A stretch of DNA of 64,000 nucleotides from a virus (lineage: Duplodnaviria > Caudoviricetes). Within the stretch, counting starts at the first letter, position 1. Each line of letters begins with the position of its first letter. The stretch covers positions 1 through 64,000 of IMG/VR virus record IMGVR_UViG_3300032007_000065. The stretch is one strand, 5' to 3'. The translations under genes were made by a program, and so were the position numbers. This document shows, in pieces, positions 25,528 to 33,816 of the stretch. The notes beneath the pieces are model-generated. The model was not told where the DNA came from. It saw nothing but the letters and a program-made list of their open reading frames with translations, and made no database searches.

Positions 25528-26454
25528 TTACTGCAGTTTCTTTTTGAGTGTGTCGATCTCGGTGTTGAGCTCGGCGATGTATCGATTGATGTCGTAGAGA
25601 CTCCTGGACAGATTCGCAGTCTTGGCTTGGAGCAATTCAATGGATGCCATGACTTCAGCTTTATCGATGACATCCTGGTTCGGCTCTTCGATAGGCTCGT
25701 CGAATGTCAGGACGGCATCGATGATGCGAGTGGTGCTCGTCAGCTTGCTGATGCCGAGATCTGGGCACTTGAAGATGAAGGATCCGCCACCATCGAGTTT
25801 GATGATGTCTCGGAACCCAGCTCCTTTGATCTGGTTGAAGAACTCCATACCGTAGATGAGGTTACCGGTCTTCGATTGGTAGTACATGACGTAGACCATT
25901 GACGGGTCATCTTTGACACCGACGAAGACATGGTATGCCGCTCTGACGGTGTCCTTGGCCCAGCCCTGAGGTAGCACGTAGTTGTAGAACGACACGTCGT
26001 CACCATTCCGAAGCACCGGCACACCGGAGACGGCATAGTCGGCATTTTCGTGCCCAGTGAGGTATTCGGTGTCTTTGATGGTCGCCTTCCCGTTCTCGAT
26101 GAAGAGAGTCGACGGCGCATGGCCGTAGCAGGGATTCATGTACTCCCATTTACCACTGTCGAAGGTGAACTTCCGGCCGTCGTTGGAGATCTTGCCGCGC
26201 TCGTGCATGTAATGCTCTTCGATGTCGTGGAGTTTGAAGCCGGGATAGATGTCGCATTTCAGATGGCCCGCCGGAAGACGGAACTCGATACCTTTCTCTT
26301 CGTAGTATCCGAAGAAGTTGGCATTGCAGAAGTTGCCGTCTCGAGTGACGTCGCCGCCGGTCCGCTTCTCACGATCGAGCCAGACGACCTTCAGCATGGA
26401 GGCCGGCATCTCGACAATGGTGACGTCGTTGTACATGTAAGTCTTCTTCAGCAT
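25528..26454 (-). CDS. Phosphodiester glycosidase (NAGPA-like) protein with C-terminal coiled coil
   Basis: CNANFFG, AVSGVPVLRNG, RAAY..VG, KLDGGGS; ATG 26454 after GAAAGGAG. Confidence 0.8.
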   Translation of the reverse strand: MLKKTYMYNDVTIVEMPASMLKVVWLDREKRTGGDVTRDGNFCNANFFGYYEEKGIEFRLPAGHLKCDIYPGFKLHDIEEHYMHERGKISNDGRKFTFDSGKWEYMNPCYGHAPSTLFIENGKATIKDTEYLTGHENADYAVSGVPVLRNGDDVSFYNYVLPQGWAKDTVRAAYHVFVGVKDDPSMVYVMYYQSKTGNLIYGMEFFNQIKGAGFRDIIKLDGGGSFIFKCPDLGISKLTSTTRIIDAVLTFDEPIEEPNQDVIDKAEVMASIELLQAKTANLSRSLYDINRYIAELNTEIDTLKKKLQ

Positions 26455-26480
26455 AGATTCGGCTCCTTTCGACTTGATTA

Positions 26481-26525
26481 TGGGATTGCTTGCTGTTGCC
26501 TGGTAAGAGCTTTGTCGTACCATTC
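26481..26525 (+). repeat. Cassette-associated hairpin site S3
   Basis: tgggattgc-tt-GCTGTTG-cctgg-TAAGAGc-ttt-GTCgtaccatt. Confidence 0.85.
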
Positions 26526-26542
26526 TACGCGATTCAATTTAT

Positions 26543-26830
26543 ATGGCCAATGCGCTTCTTGCTGCCGGGGTTATTGAGAGCTCTGACCATGATTTATTAA
26601 CTGCACATCAAGGATATGGGACTAGAGATAATCCACTTTTTACATCATCGTCGACTGCTCTCCTTGGAATATTCACTCCTTTCTTTGGTTACTGCATACC
26701 GGTAATAAATGCTCCAGGAAATACCATTGCGACTCCAGAGGGGCAGTGTCAAATTGTATGGAATATCTCTGGACAATGTACTGCTCAAGGCAGTTTTTCA
26801 GATACTATCTATTGGGTATATATCGAGTGA
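26543..26830 (+). CDS. AT-rich cassette protein C (95 aa)
   Basis: MANALLAAGVIES...TIYWVYIE; no SD; 51 nt after the S3 core start. Confidence 0.75.
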   Translation: MANALLAAGVIESSDHDLLTAHQGYGTRDNPLFTSSSTALLGIFTPFFGYCIPVINAPGNTIATPEGQCQIVWNISGQCTAQGSFSDTIYWVYIE

Positions 26831-26867
26831 CTTGCTGTTGCACACTAAGAGCTTTGTCACACATTCA
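26827..26867 (+). repeat. Cassette-associated hairpin site S4
   Basis: gtgac-tt-GCTGTTG-cacac-TAAGAGc-ttt-GTCac-acattca; the TGA stop of cassette C lies in the left arm. Confidence 0.85.
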
Positions 26868-26881
26868 CATACTACTATACA

Positions 26882-27262
26882 ATGGCAGAATCTCTCATCT
26901 CGGCAAGCATCTCGGCCGGAGGATCTAATGCGAATATTTCTCTCATCGCATCTGGCTCATTTTATGTATATACCAGATCACAAACGATTTCTTTTTCTAA
27001 TGGCTTATTTGCAGTAATATTTAGCAACCATGCACGCAATGGCTGGAATAGTAACGAAGCGATGGAACCGGGATATGCCGTGGTATTTGCTGGAGACACT
27101 GGTATATCGACACCACCATATCGTTATGCCAATGGTACGGCTGTTGATACTAGCGCTAAGGCATCCATGACCACTAGTACATTGACAATCGGTGCTGTCA
27201 TAACTGGAAATTGGCAAGAAACGTATTATCAAAAGTCTGGTACATACCGAATTGTCGGATGA
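26882..27262 (+). CDS. AT-rich cassette protein D (126 aa)
   Basis: MAESLISASISAGGS...GTYRIVG; no SD; 48 nt after the S4 core start. Confidence 0.75.
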   Translation: MAESLISASISAGGSNANISLIASGSFYVYTRSQTISFSNGLFAVIFSNHARNGWNSNEAMEPGYAVVFAGDTGISTPPYRYANGTAVDTSAKASMTTSTLTIGAVITGNWQETYYQKSGTYRIVG

Positions 27263-27394
27263 CTGACCCGGGGAAGGCCCGAAAGGAGCCAGCTTTTAAG
27301 GGTATCAGCCGCGGGCGCGACGGGTTCGCGCAGTTTACGTTTTAATGTACCACAGAGACAGACACCTATCTAAACGAATCGAGTTGTCTAAGGA

Positions 27395-28195
27395 GTGATC
27401 CAATTGGCACTTAATTTCGGAGACTACATCGCGAATCCCTATGGAAAGGGAACGGGAATCGTACCGTCGAACGTCATCCGATCGAACATCGAGAACGAGA
27501 CGGCGACGATGTACCCGGCTCCCATTCGATTCAAGGCCTACAAAGCTCCCCACCAACATCTGGTGCTGCACTGTAAGCTGCCGTCACGTACGAAGAATGA
27601 CGTCTTCTACGACATCGTCATGGACTTCGACCTGGCCCCGGGTTTCGAGACCAGACGGGCCATCACGAAGTACGACTGTACCGTCTTCTCGAACTCTCCA
27701 TCGTTCTACTACACCTATGCCAAGGTGTTCCGGGAGAAGGGAGCACTTTGCCCCTGGCTCCAGAAGAAGTACGAACGCCAGATCATGAAGAAGAGTCCGG
27801 AGAAACGGAATCCATCGAACATTATCGGCTACGAGCGAACGCTCTACACCGGCATGTGGGTGACGATGCAGCAGACGAGAGGCCGCAGTGCGCGAGACCT
27901 CTACGATAATGCACCGGAAATGACCTACAAGGAGCTGGCGAAGCTCGTTCAGTCCCAGGACGAAATCGAGACCGCCTACGAGAAGGCCCCGTACACCGCT
28001 CGGGAGCAGGCCCGCCGCAACGACATCGAACAGCGGAAGCTGCTACGGCAGAACCTCGGCCCGAAACGGCCGCTGAAACCGAAGACCACGGCACCGACGT
28101 CGTCGACTGTCCAGAGAACTTCGACGACCCAGAAGACAAAGAAGACGAGTCTCTTCTCGAAGATTCGCCACACGACGAAGACGAAGAAGATATGA
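27395..28195 (+). CDS. Hypothetical protein with basic C-terminal tail
   Basis: GTG start after AAGGAG; 266 aa; typical codon usage. Confidence 0.75.
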   Translation: MIQLALNFGDYIANPYGKGTGIVPSNVIRSNIENETATMYPAPIRFKAYKAPHQHLVLHCKLPSRTKNDVFYDIVMDFDLAPGFETRRAITKYDCTVFSNSPSFYYTYAKVFREKGALCPWLQKKYERQIMKKSPEKRNPSNIIGYERTLYTGMWVTMQQTRGRSARDLYDNAPEMTYKELAKLVQSQDEIETAYEKAPYTAREQARRNDIEQRKLLRQNLGPKRPLKPKTTAPTSSTVQRTSTTQKTKKTSLFSKIRHTTKTKKI

Positions 28196-28259
28196 GTCCG
28201 AATAAACACACAAACACATCATCGTTCAGAATAGACGTAGTTGAAAGGAGAACCGTATT

Positions 28260-30443
28260 ATGCCCAGAAAGCCGAAAGCTGCCGAAGCTACGGCAACCGA
28301 AACTGAAGTGATCCCCACCGTCGAACCGATTCCCGCGGATGACAAACCAGCTCCGGATCCCGTCCTCGTCGACGCCACCATCCGGTCCCACGGCCTCTAT
28401 CCAAACTTTCGGTTCGACCCGAATGCAAAAGACAGCTACGAAGAGCAGGTCGTCCACAGCTGGTGGTTCCAGAACATCGAGAACTGCATGAGAATCATGA
28501 TCGACGACGGCTGGTACATCGAGAACTCGGAGACACCGTCGACCCTGGAAGAAGCCAGACCGGTGTTCGACCGGGTCTTCAAGTCCAGCGTCCCCATCGA
28601 CGACGAGCTGCTGGCGACGGCACTGCTGAACCACAGAATCCAGGTGTCGCCGAATCCGCCGAAACGTCGCCGCCGTGGTGGTCTGAAACCGCCGACTCCG
28701 GTCGACATTGCGGACGTCGTCTCCATTAAGGATGTCATGGCAGCAACGCCGGTCGGCGAACCAGTGTCCATCAAGCCGCTCATCGACCCGAAAACGAAAC
28801 TTTCGCAAATCGACATCTTCGACAACGTCGAGAATGCTGACAACGCCATCACATACAAGATCCCGGAAGACCCCTTCGAGGTGTCCGACGACGACAATGA
28901 GCCCATCATCCTGAAGGGGCGCGGTGGCTTCGTCGATCGGCCCGACAGCTTCAACATGATGACCTGGATCCCGCTGCCGGAGCAGACGTTCTTCGTCGAG
29001 AAGGATGGCATGATCGTGGCCCAGTACCTCGTCAACAGGTTCAACGTCCCGGAGGACCGCCACCTGTTGGAGTACATCATCGCCAAGAAGCACTATAAAG
29101 AGCGCATTCCGGATCTGATCCAGCACATCAACTACTTCGAGTCGTTCTATGACCATGACCATGAGTACCTTGTGTCGACACTGGCGACGAAGGACTACAT
29201 TGACCATCACCCGACGATGACCCAGAAGGCCTTCTGTCGTATGGTCGATGTCCGCATCATCACGCCGACCTTGGTCCGTAAGGTGAAGCACATGGCCCTA
29301 GATCTCTATCGACTCAACATCAACACTGACAAGGACGGCAAGTACAAGACGACGCCGAAGATCACCAATGACCATGCCCGCATGATTGTGGCGGTTTCCT
29401 TCTGCATCCGTCTCATCCTGCCTCTCTGCATCCATTTCTCGAACACCAATGCCACGTTCATCAACAAACGTGACTACATCGACTGCTTCGACCGCATTTT
29501 CATGAAGGTGGTCCAGAAGTTCGAAAAGAATGACACCGAGATCTGGAACCCTATCTGCCGCTTCGTCGCCTATCGCGTCGAGCGTTCCCAGACGACCGAT
29601 GCCGTCATCTGGGAAAAGAAGAAGCAGCTCTACGGCACCACCATGGAACTGTATCTCGAGACTCTGATTCACGAGGTTATCCTGGTGAAGTCTCTCCACA
29701 AGCTGGCATACAACCGGTCCATCGTGTCGTTCATCGATGGCATCATCACCCATTCGTACATGCACTACCGCTACGAAAACTTCAAGTTCAAACCCGTCGA
29801 AATCGAGAACGAAGACTCGGACTCCGACGACTATCTGAGCCACGTCGAGGCACTGGAGATGCAAATCTCTCGTGTTGACGAGAGCAATCAGCTGGTCAAC
29901 GAGACGAACATCGCCCAGGTCATGGCATCTCTCGAGAAACGGTTCAACGTCCCTATTGCAGAGGGAGAGCTGGAGTTCTACGTTGAAAACATCCACTTCA
30001 ACTCCCTGATGCAGTCGTTCCTGCATGCCTTCTTCTCGAAGTACTTCAACGACACCAACGCCATCCGCCTGCTGGATCGTCGTCGGTCTGCTCAGTTGGC
30101 ACTGTACCTGAAGAAGTATCTGCAACTCCGTGGTATGGTCATCCTGCCGCAGATCTGCACCGCCCGTGTTCACGGCAAGTTCAAGGACACCTGCATCAAG
30201 AACGCCAAGTTTCTCGAGAAGTTCACGACATCGAGCGTCTATCAGCACATCATCGCCGACAAGTATCGCTACATCGCCGAACTCCATCTGAAGGAGGACC
30301 CGATCGTCAAGATGCTGTCGACTATGCTGAATTCGAGCTTCGAGTTCTGTGACTTCGACCCCGAGATCAACGGACGCGTCGCCGAAGAGTTCGACACCGA
30401 CATGCTGGTGTCTGAATTCATGACGTTCCTGTCGATCTGCTGA
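28260..30443 (+). CDS. Large helical protein, candidate promoter-specificity subunit of non-virion RNAP (AR9 gp226/phiKZ gp68-like)
   Basis: CDS is solid (727 aa, AAAGGAG); the family assignment rests on recalled resemblance only. Confidence 0.4.
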   Translation: MPRKPKAAEATATETEVIPTVEPIPADDKPAPDPVLVDATIRSHGLYPNFRFDPNAKDSYEEQVVHSWWFQNIENCMRIMIDDGWYIENSETPSTLEEARPVFDRVFKSSVPIDDELLATALLNHRIQVSPNPPKRRRRGGLKPPTPVDIADVVSIKDVMAATPVGEPVSIKPLIDPKTKLSQIDIFDNVENADNAITYKIPEDPFEVSDDDNEPIILKGRGGFVDRPDSFNMMTWIPLPEQTFFVEKDGMIVAQYLVNRFNVPEDRHLLEYIIAKKHYKERIPDLIQHINYFESFYDHDHEYLVSTLATKDYIDHHPTMTQKAFCRMVDVRIITPTLVRKVKHMALDLYRLNINTDKDGKYKTTPKITNDHARMIVAVSFCIRLILPLCIHFSNTNATFINKRDYIDCFDRIFMKVVQKFEKNDTEIWNPICRFVAYRVERSQTTDAVIWEKKKQLYGTTMELYLETLIHEVILVKSLHKLAYNRSIVSFIDGIITHSYMHYRYENFKFKPVEIENEDSDSDDYLSHVEALEMQISRVDESNQLVNETNIAQVMASLEKRFNVPIAEGELEFYVENIHFNSLMQSFLHAFFSKYFNDTNAIRLLDRRRSAQLALYLKKYLQLRGMVILPQICTARVHGKFKDTCIKNAKFLEKFTTSSVYQHIIADKYRYIAELHLKEDPIVKMLSTMLNSSFEFCDFDPEINGRVAEEFDTDMLVSEFMTFLSIC

Positions 30444-30447
30444 AGAC

Positions 30448-30484
30448 AAAAGAAAGAAAGAGAGCCGATGCTCTCTTTCTTTTT
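30448..30484. terminator. Intrinsic terminator
   Basis: aaaagaaagaaagagagc-cgat-gctctctttcttttt. Confidence 0.85.
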
Positions 30485-30631
30485 ATCATGACGATAGGAG
30501 GGTCGGGAGAGACCGCTGCCGATAACGGTCTCTCCCTGTCGTGACGCAGTTTGAAATTGAAAAGTCCAGTCGAAACTGTCGCGGTTCCCCAACCGCTTAC
30601 GTTTCTGTCCATCTGTGTATAAATTTGAAAA

Positions 30632-30673
30632 AGCGAAAAGTCTCGATTTTAATCCACATATAATTCTTGTGAG
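30632..30673 (+). promoter_or_regulatory. Stable-RNA-type promoter, copy 2
   Basis: agcgaaaagtctcga-N7-ccacatataattct-N-gtgag, matching 24350-24391. Confidence 0.8.
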
Positions 30674-30865
30674 CAAACGGTGAAGAGTGGATAGCCGGTT
30701 GCTCGAAAAATGGTTCCTAGCTGCTCGGGACAAAGAGAGCGGTCGACGTCGCAGCGTCGAAATTAAATGTCGCCGTCTCCTGCTGAGGGACGTTGGTTCA
30801 GAAGCGACGAGTGGCGTAGTTTATGCCAGAAAGAAAAGATGTGACACTCCACAGCTTTTCTTTTT
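30670..30865 (+). ncRNA. Putative structured non-coding RNA (about 195 nt)
   Basis: Bounded by the tRNA-type promoter and a U-tailed hairpin; stems gagcaa/ttgctc, cgacg/cgtcg, gtcgc/gcgac, ggcgta/tatgcc. Confidence 0.55.
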
Positions 30866-30942
30866 GCCTGATAAACTACTATCGGCTCGACGAATCTCTA
30901 AGTCCCCAAGAAAACCACTTCATTAGAAAGGATGTGACACAA

Positions 30943-31995
30943 GTGGACCAGAATACACAAGCACCGGCGACGGAAGAGTCTCCGGCGCGTCCGCCTGTCG
31001 AACACAGTGACTGCACTCCTCCGGTTCAGATGACGCCGCATCGTTCGTTCAGCGACTTCCTCATCCGCGTCGACAATCTGACGTCGCAGCGAGCCGACTG
31101 GAGTGACCCGACGAACAAGAATCGGCCGTTCAAGCACAGCTTCATCGAGTTCATTCATCGGCTGGTGCTGCGCATGCCGGTGGCACCGGAACTGGTGCCG
31201 CTCACCGACGGAACGGTTCGATTCCGTTACCGCAAGAACCATGCTCCGAAGGACAAGTGGCAGGTGTTGGAAATCATCGTGACACCGAAGCGTGTCTTCA
31301 GTCTGACGGCGAGATCCCGTCTCCCGAACCAGGCACCGTACACCCGCACCAACACCGCCAGACCCGACATCCTGTCGGACCTCGTCCGGTCGTTCTACGA
31401 GCTCGACTCGGTCAATGTCCAGGACCATCCTCTGAAGTTCCGGTCCATCAATGTCAATGACATTCCGTACATCTCGGCCATGTGTCAGACATCATTTGGG
31501 CCGCACACCATCTATAAACCGAAAAACATCGGCGTCCTGCTGGACCACACCGTCGTTGCCGAAGATCCCATCTACGGCATCATGTCGGTGGCCGCCATCC
31601 ACAAGTCTGAACGCGATGACTTCGACTACGAAGTGTCTTTCCTGATCACGGTGGAGAATTGTCGTGGTCTGTCTCTGGCGTCCCAGTGTCTCCGGAAGGC
31701 CGTCACCAATGTGCTGGCCCAGGAGCCCGAAGCCGAGATTCTGGCGACGTCGATCCTGCCCGACGGACAGGTGAAGGACGTTGCCCAGTCGGCACTTCGC
31801 CGTGCCGGATTCCGTCGCATTCGCATCGTCCGCGGCGAGCGTCGCTATCGTTGCTTCGACTGCGATCGCTGCAACAAGACGAACGGCTGGTGTGACTTCG
31901 AAGATCCGAATTCGGTCTGCTCCACGGTCTACTACAGATTGTCGAACCACGGTGGCAAACTCGGCTATGGTGGTCGCAAGGTGACAGGCCAGTAA
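30943..31995 (+). CDS. Protein with C-terminal GNAT-like domain and Cys cluster
   Basis: GTG 30943 after AAAGGA; ITVENCRGLSLAS...LRRAGF followed by CFDCDRC..C..C. Confidence 0.6.
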   Translation: MDQNTQAPATEESPARPPVEHSDCTPPVQMTPHRSFSDFLIRVDNLTSQRADWSDPTNKNRPFKHSFIEFIHRLVLRMPVAPELVPLTDGTVRFRYRKNHAPKDKWQVLEIIVTPKRVFSLTARSRLPNQAPYTRTNTARPDILSDLVRSFYELDSVNVQDHPLKFRSINVNDIPYISAMCQTSFGPHTIYKPKNIGVLLDHTVVAEDPIYGIMSVAAIHKSERDDFDYEVSFLITVENCRGLSLASQCLRKAVTNVLAQEPEAEILATSILPDGQVKDVAQSALRRAGFRRIRIVRGERRYRCFDCDRCNKTNGWCDFEDPNSVCSTVYYRLSNHGGKLGYGGRKVTGQ

Positions 31996-32017
31996 CTTCT
32001 AGAAGGAGGTCCGGTGA

Positions 32018-32821
32018 ATGGCCGACCAACTGTTGCCGCCGAAGATGTACCTGCCACACAGCGAAGACACAATGATTGAAGTCCGAGCCATTGTTGCCAC
32101 AGACAAGGTAGGTGTCATCGGCTACGACAATCATCTGATTTTCAACAACCCAGACGATCTCAAGACCTTTCGAGCAAAGACCATCGGTCGTGTCGTCGTC
32201 ATGGGTCGAAAGACATTCGAATCCATCGGCAGGATTCTTCCGGATCGTCAGACCATCATCCTGACACACGACCCGAAGTCCTACACCGAGAAAGTGCTCA
32301 AGAACTACCACTGCAAGAGAGGCACCGACACCCCGAGACCGATCGCAACGGATCGACTCGACCAGACCGTTCCGGAAGTCTGTGAAACCTACGGATCCCA
32401 TAAGGTCTGGATCGTTGGTGGCGCCGAGCTCTACCGTGGCTGCAGCAATGCCATCGGCACCTGGATGGTCACCGAATACGCCATCGAACTCGAGCAGTAC
32501 CTCAGTGACAGCGATCAGGATCCGGTCGGTGTCAGCTGCGGCCTTCTGCCGAAGGACTATGACTACCGGAAACTGACGACACTCGAACGATCCATCTATA
32601 CGAATCAGGCGTCCGTCAACACCCTGGAACTTGGACGCTTCAACGTCGACGGCCACGACATTCGTTATGCCGTCAAGTCCTACAATCGCATGGGTCGTCT
32701 CCCGTACGGTAAACCGACGACTCGTAACAAGACGATCGACGAGATCGAAGAGATCAACCGTCGGCAGTACAGTCTTCCCCAGGACGAACACTACGGAATG
32801 GAGGCTGACAGCCATGATTGA
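32018..32821 (+). CDS. folA: Dihydrofolate reductase with extensions
   Basis: IVATDKVGVIGYDN, DDLKTFRAKT, VVMGRKTFESIG, LPDRQTIILT, WIVGGAELY. Confidence 0.92.
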   Translation: MADQLLPPKMYLPHSEDTMIEVRAIVATDKVGVIGYDNHLIFNNPDDLKTFRAKTIGRVVVMGRKTFESIGRILPDRQTIILTHDPKSYTEKVLKNYHCKRGTDTPRPIATDRLDQTVPEVCETYGSHKVWIVGGAELYRGCSNAIGTWMVTEYAIELEQYLSDSDQDPVGVSCGLLPKDYDYRKLTTLERSIYTNQASVNTLELGRFNVDGHDIRYAVKSYNRMGRLPYGKPTTRNKTIDEIEEINRRQYSLPQDEHYGMEADSHD

Positions 32822-33011
32822 CATCAGAGAGGTAACCGAGCTCCGAGACCGAGCAGTCGACGATCTTCATCGACTTCGCGGTCAGGTCTCTGATGCCATC
32901 GATGAGATCAGATACTCGAGCAACTGCGGCATTCCGCCCGGGAGACTCCTGGACGAATACCAGAAACTTCTTGAGTCCATCGACTGGTATCTCGGCAGGC
33001 AATCGAACTGA
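32814..33011 (+). CDS. Small hypothetical protein
   Basis: ATG 32814 after GGAGG overlaps the folA stop; terminator follows. Confidence 0.6.
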   Translation: MIDIREVTELRDRAVDDLHRLRGQVSDAIDEIRYSSNCGIPPGRLLDEYQKLLESIDWYLGRQSN

Positions 33012-33050
33012 AAATGAAGACTAGAGCTTCGGCTCTAGTCTTCATTGTTT
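33011..33050. terminator. Bidirectional terminator
   Basis: aatgaagactagagc-ttcg-gctctagtcttcatt. Confidence 0.8.
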
Positions 33051-33745
33051 TTCTTTTTGTATGTCGAATGTCGCACGATCTCTTCGATCTCGCGAATCTC
33101 TTTCTCGGCCTTCTGATCGTCCGTTGCCAGAGGCTCCGTGAAGAAGTCCTTCTGTTTCTCGATGATCTGGTCAATGAATTCCGTGTGGGCCTTGGTGTTG
33201 TCGTCGATCTTGTCGTTGATCTTCTTGGCATCTTCCGGATCCAGAAGAGCGCCGGCCATGATCTCGCCAATGGCCCGAAGCGTCGTAGACGTCTCGTTGG
33301 TGAATCGCATGTTGTATCCTTCGATCTCCATTAGCGCCTGAAGACGGTTCTCCGTCTGGGTGTGCATGTGCATCATCTGCGACATGGCCCTGGCGTTCTT
33401 CGATAGGATGGCCACAATGGAGTTGATGGATTCTTCGGCATGCGCCATGCGCTCCGCCATCTCAGTTGACACGTGGGTCAACTGAGTTTCAATGGAGTTG
33501 ATCTGGCGCTGCATCGAGTCCAGTGTCACCTGGAGTTTCTCACGCTCCTGCTGCTCATGTTCTTCCCGCAGCTGCTTTTCAGCAGCGTCGGCACGGGCCT
33601 TTTCGGCGGCAGCTTCGGCGTTCTGTTTCTTCTCTTTATCGTTACGGTGTGTGATCCAGGCGACGAGTACGGCGGAAAACATCGTACAGAGAGCCGGGAT
33701 GGCGACTGACAGAAGTGTTGCGGTAGTGCTGTCCATTGGCGTCAC
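33035..33745 (-). CDS. Membrane-anchored coiled-coil protein (holin/antiholin-like architecture, unconfirmed)
   Basis: One N-terminal TM segment followed by a long charged helix. Confidence 0.55.
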   Translation of the reverse strand: MTPMDSTTATLLSVAIPALCTMFSAVLVAWITHRNDKEKKQNAEAAAEKARADAAEKQLREEHEQQEREKLQVTLDSMQRQINSIETQLTHVSTEMAERMAHAEESINSIVAILSKNARAMSQMMHMHTQTENRLQALMEIEGYNMRFTNETSTTLRAIGEIMAGALLDPEDAKKINDKIDDNTKAHTEFIDQIIEKQKDFFTEPLATDDQKAEKEIREIEEIVRHSTYKKKNNED

Positions 33746-33816
33746 CTCGCAAAAATAGATTCATAATTAGGGGTGTGTTTTGGGAGTCGAGCCATAGCGG
33801 CTCGACTCCCTTTCTT

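Noticed and set aside
24534-26867. S1-S4 as a CRISPR array
   Set aside because: The intervals are hundreds of bases of intact ORFs, the repeats are degenerate, and there are no cas genes
24534-27262. Shufflon-style in-frame fusion of cassettes to an upstream gene
   Set aside because: In S3 and S4 the conserved TAA is in frame with the downstream ORF, and the spacers differ between sites
24594-27262. Diversity-generating retroelement
   Set aside because: No reverse transcriptase in the window and no near-identical TR/VR pair differing at adenines
24534-27262. Canonical integron
   Set aside because: No IntI gene here; sites are about 45 nt and lack full RYYYAAC/GTTRRRY boxes, so only an analogy is claimed
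30687-30926. 79-aa ORF in the putative ncRNA
   Set aside because: Weak SD, atypical codons, and it runs through a U-tailed terminator; not excluded without Ribo-seq
31210-31230. Other GGTTCGA T-loop-like hits (also near 23372, 47833, 62208)
   Set aside because: They lie inside coding sequence with no cloverleaf around them
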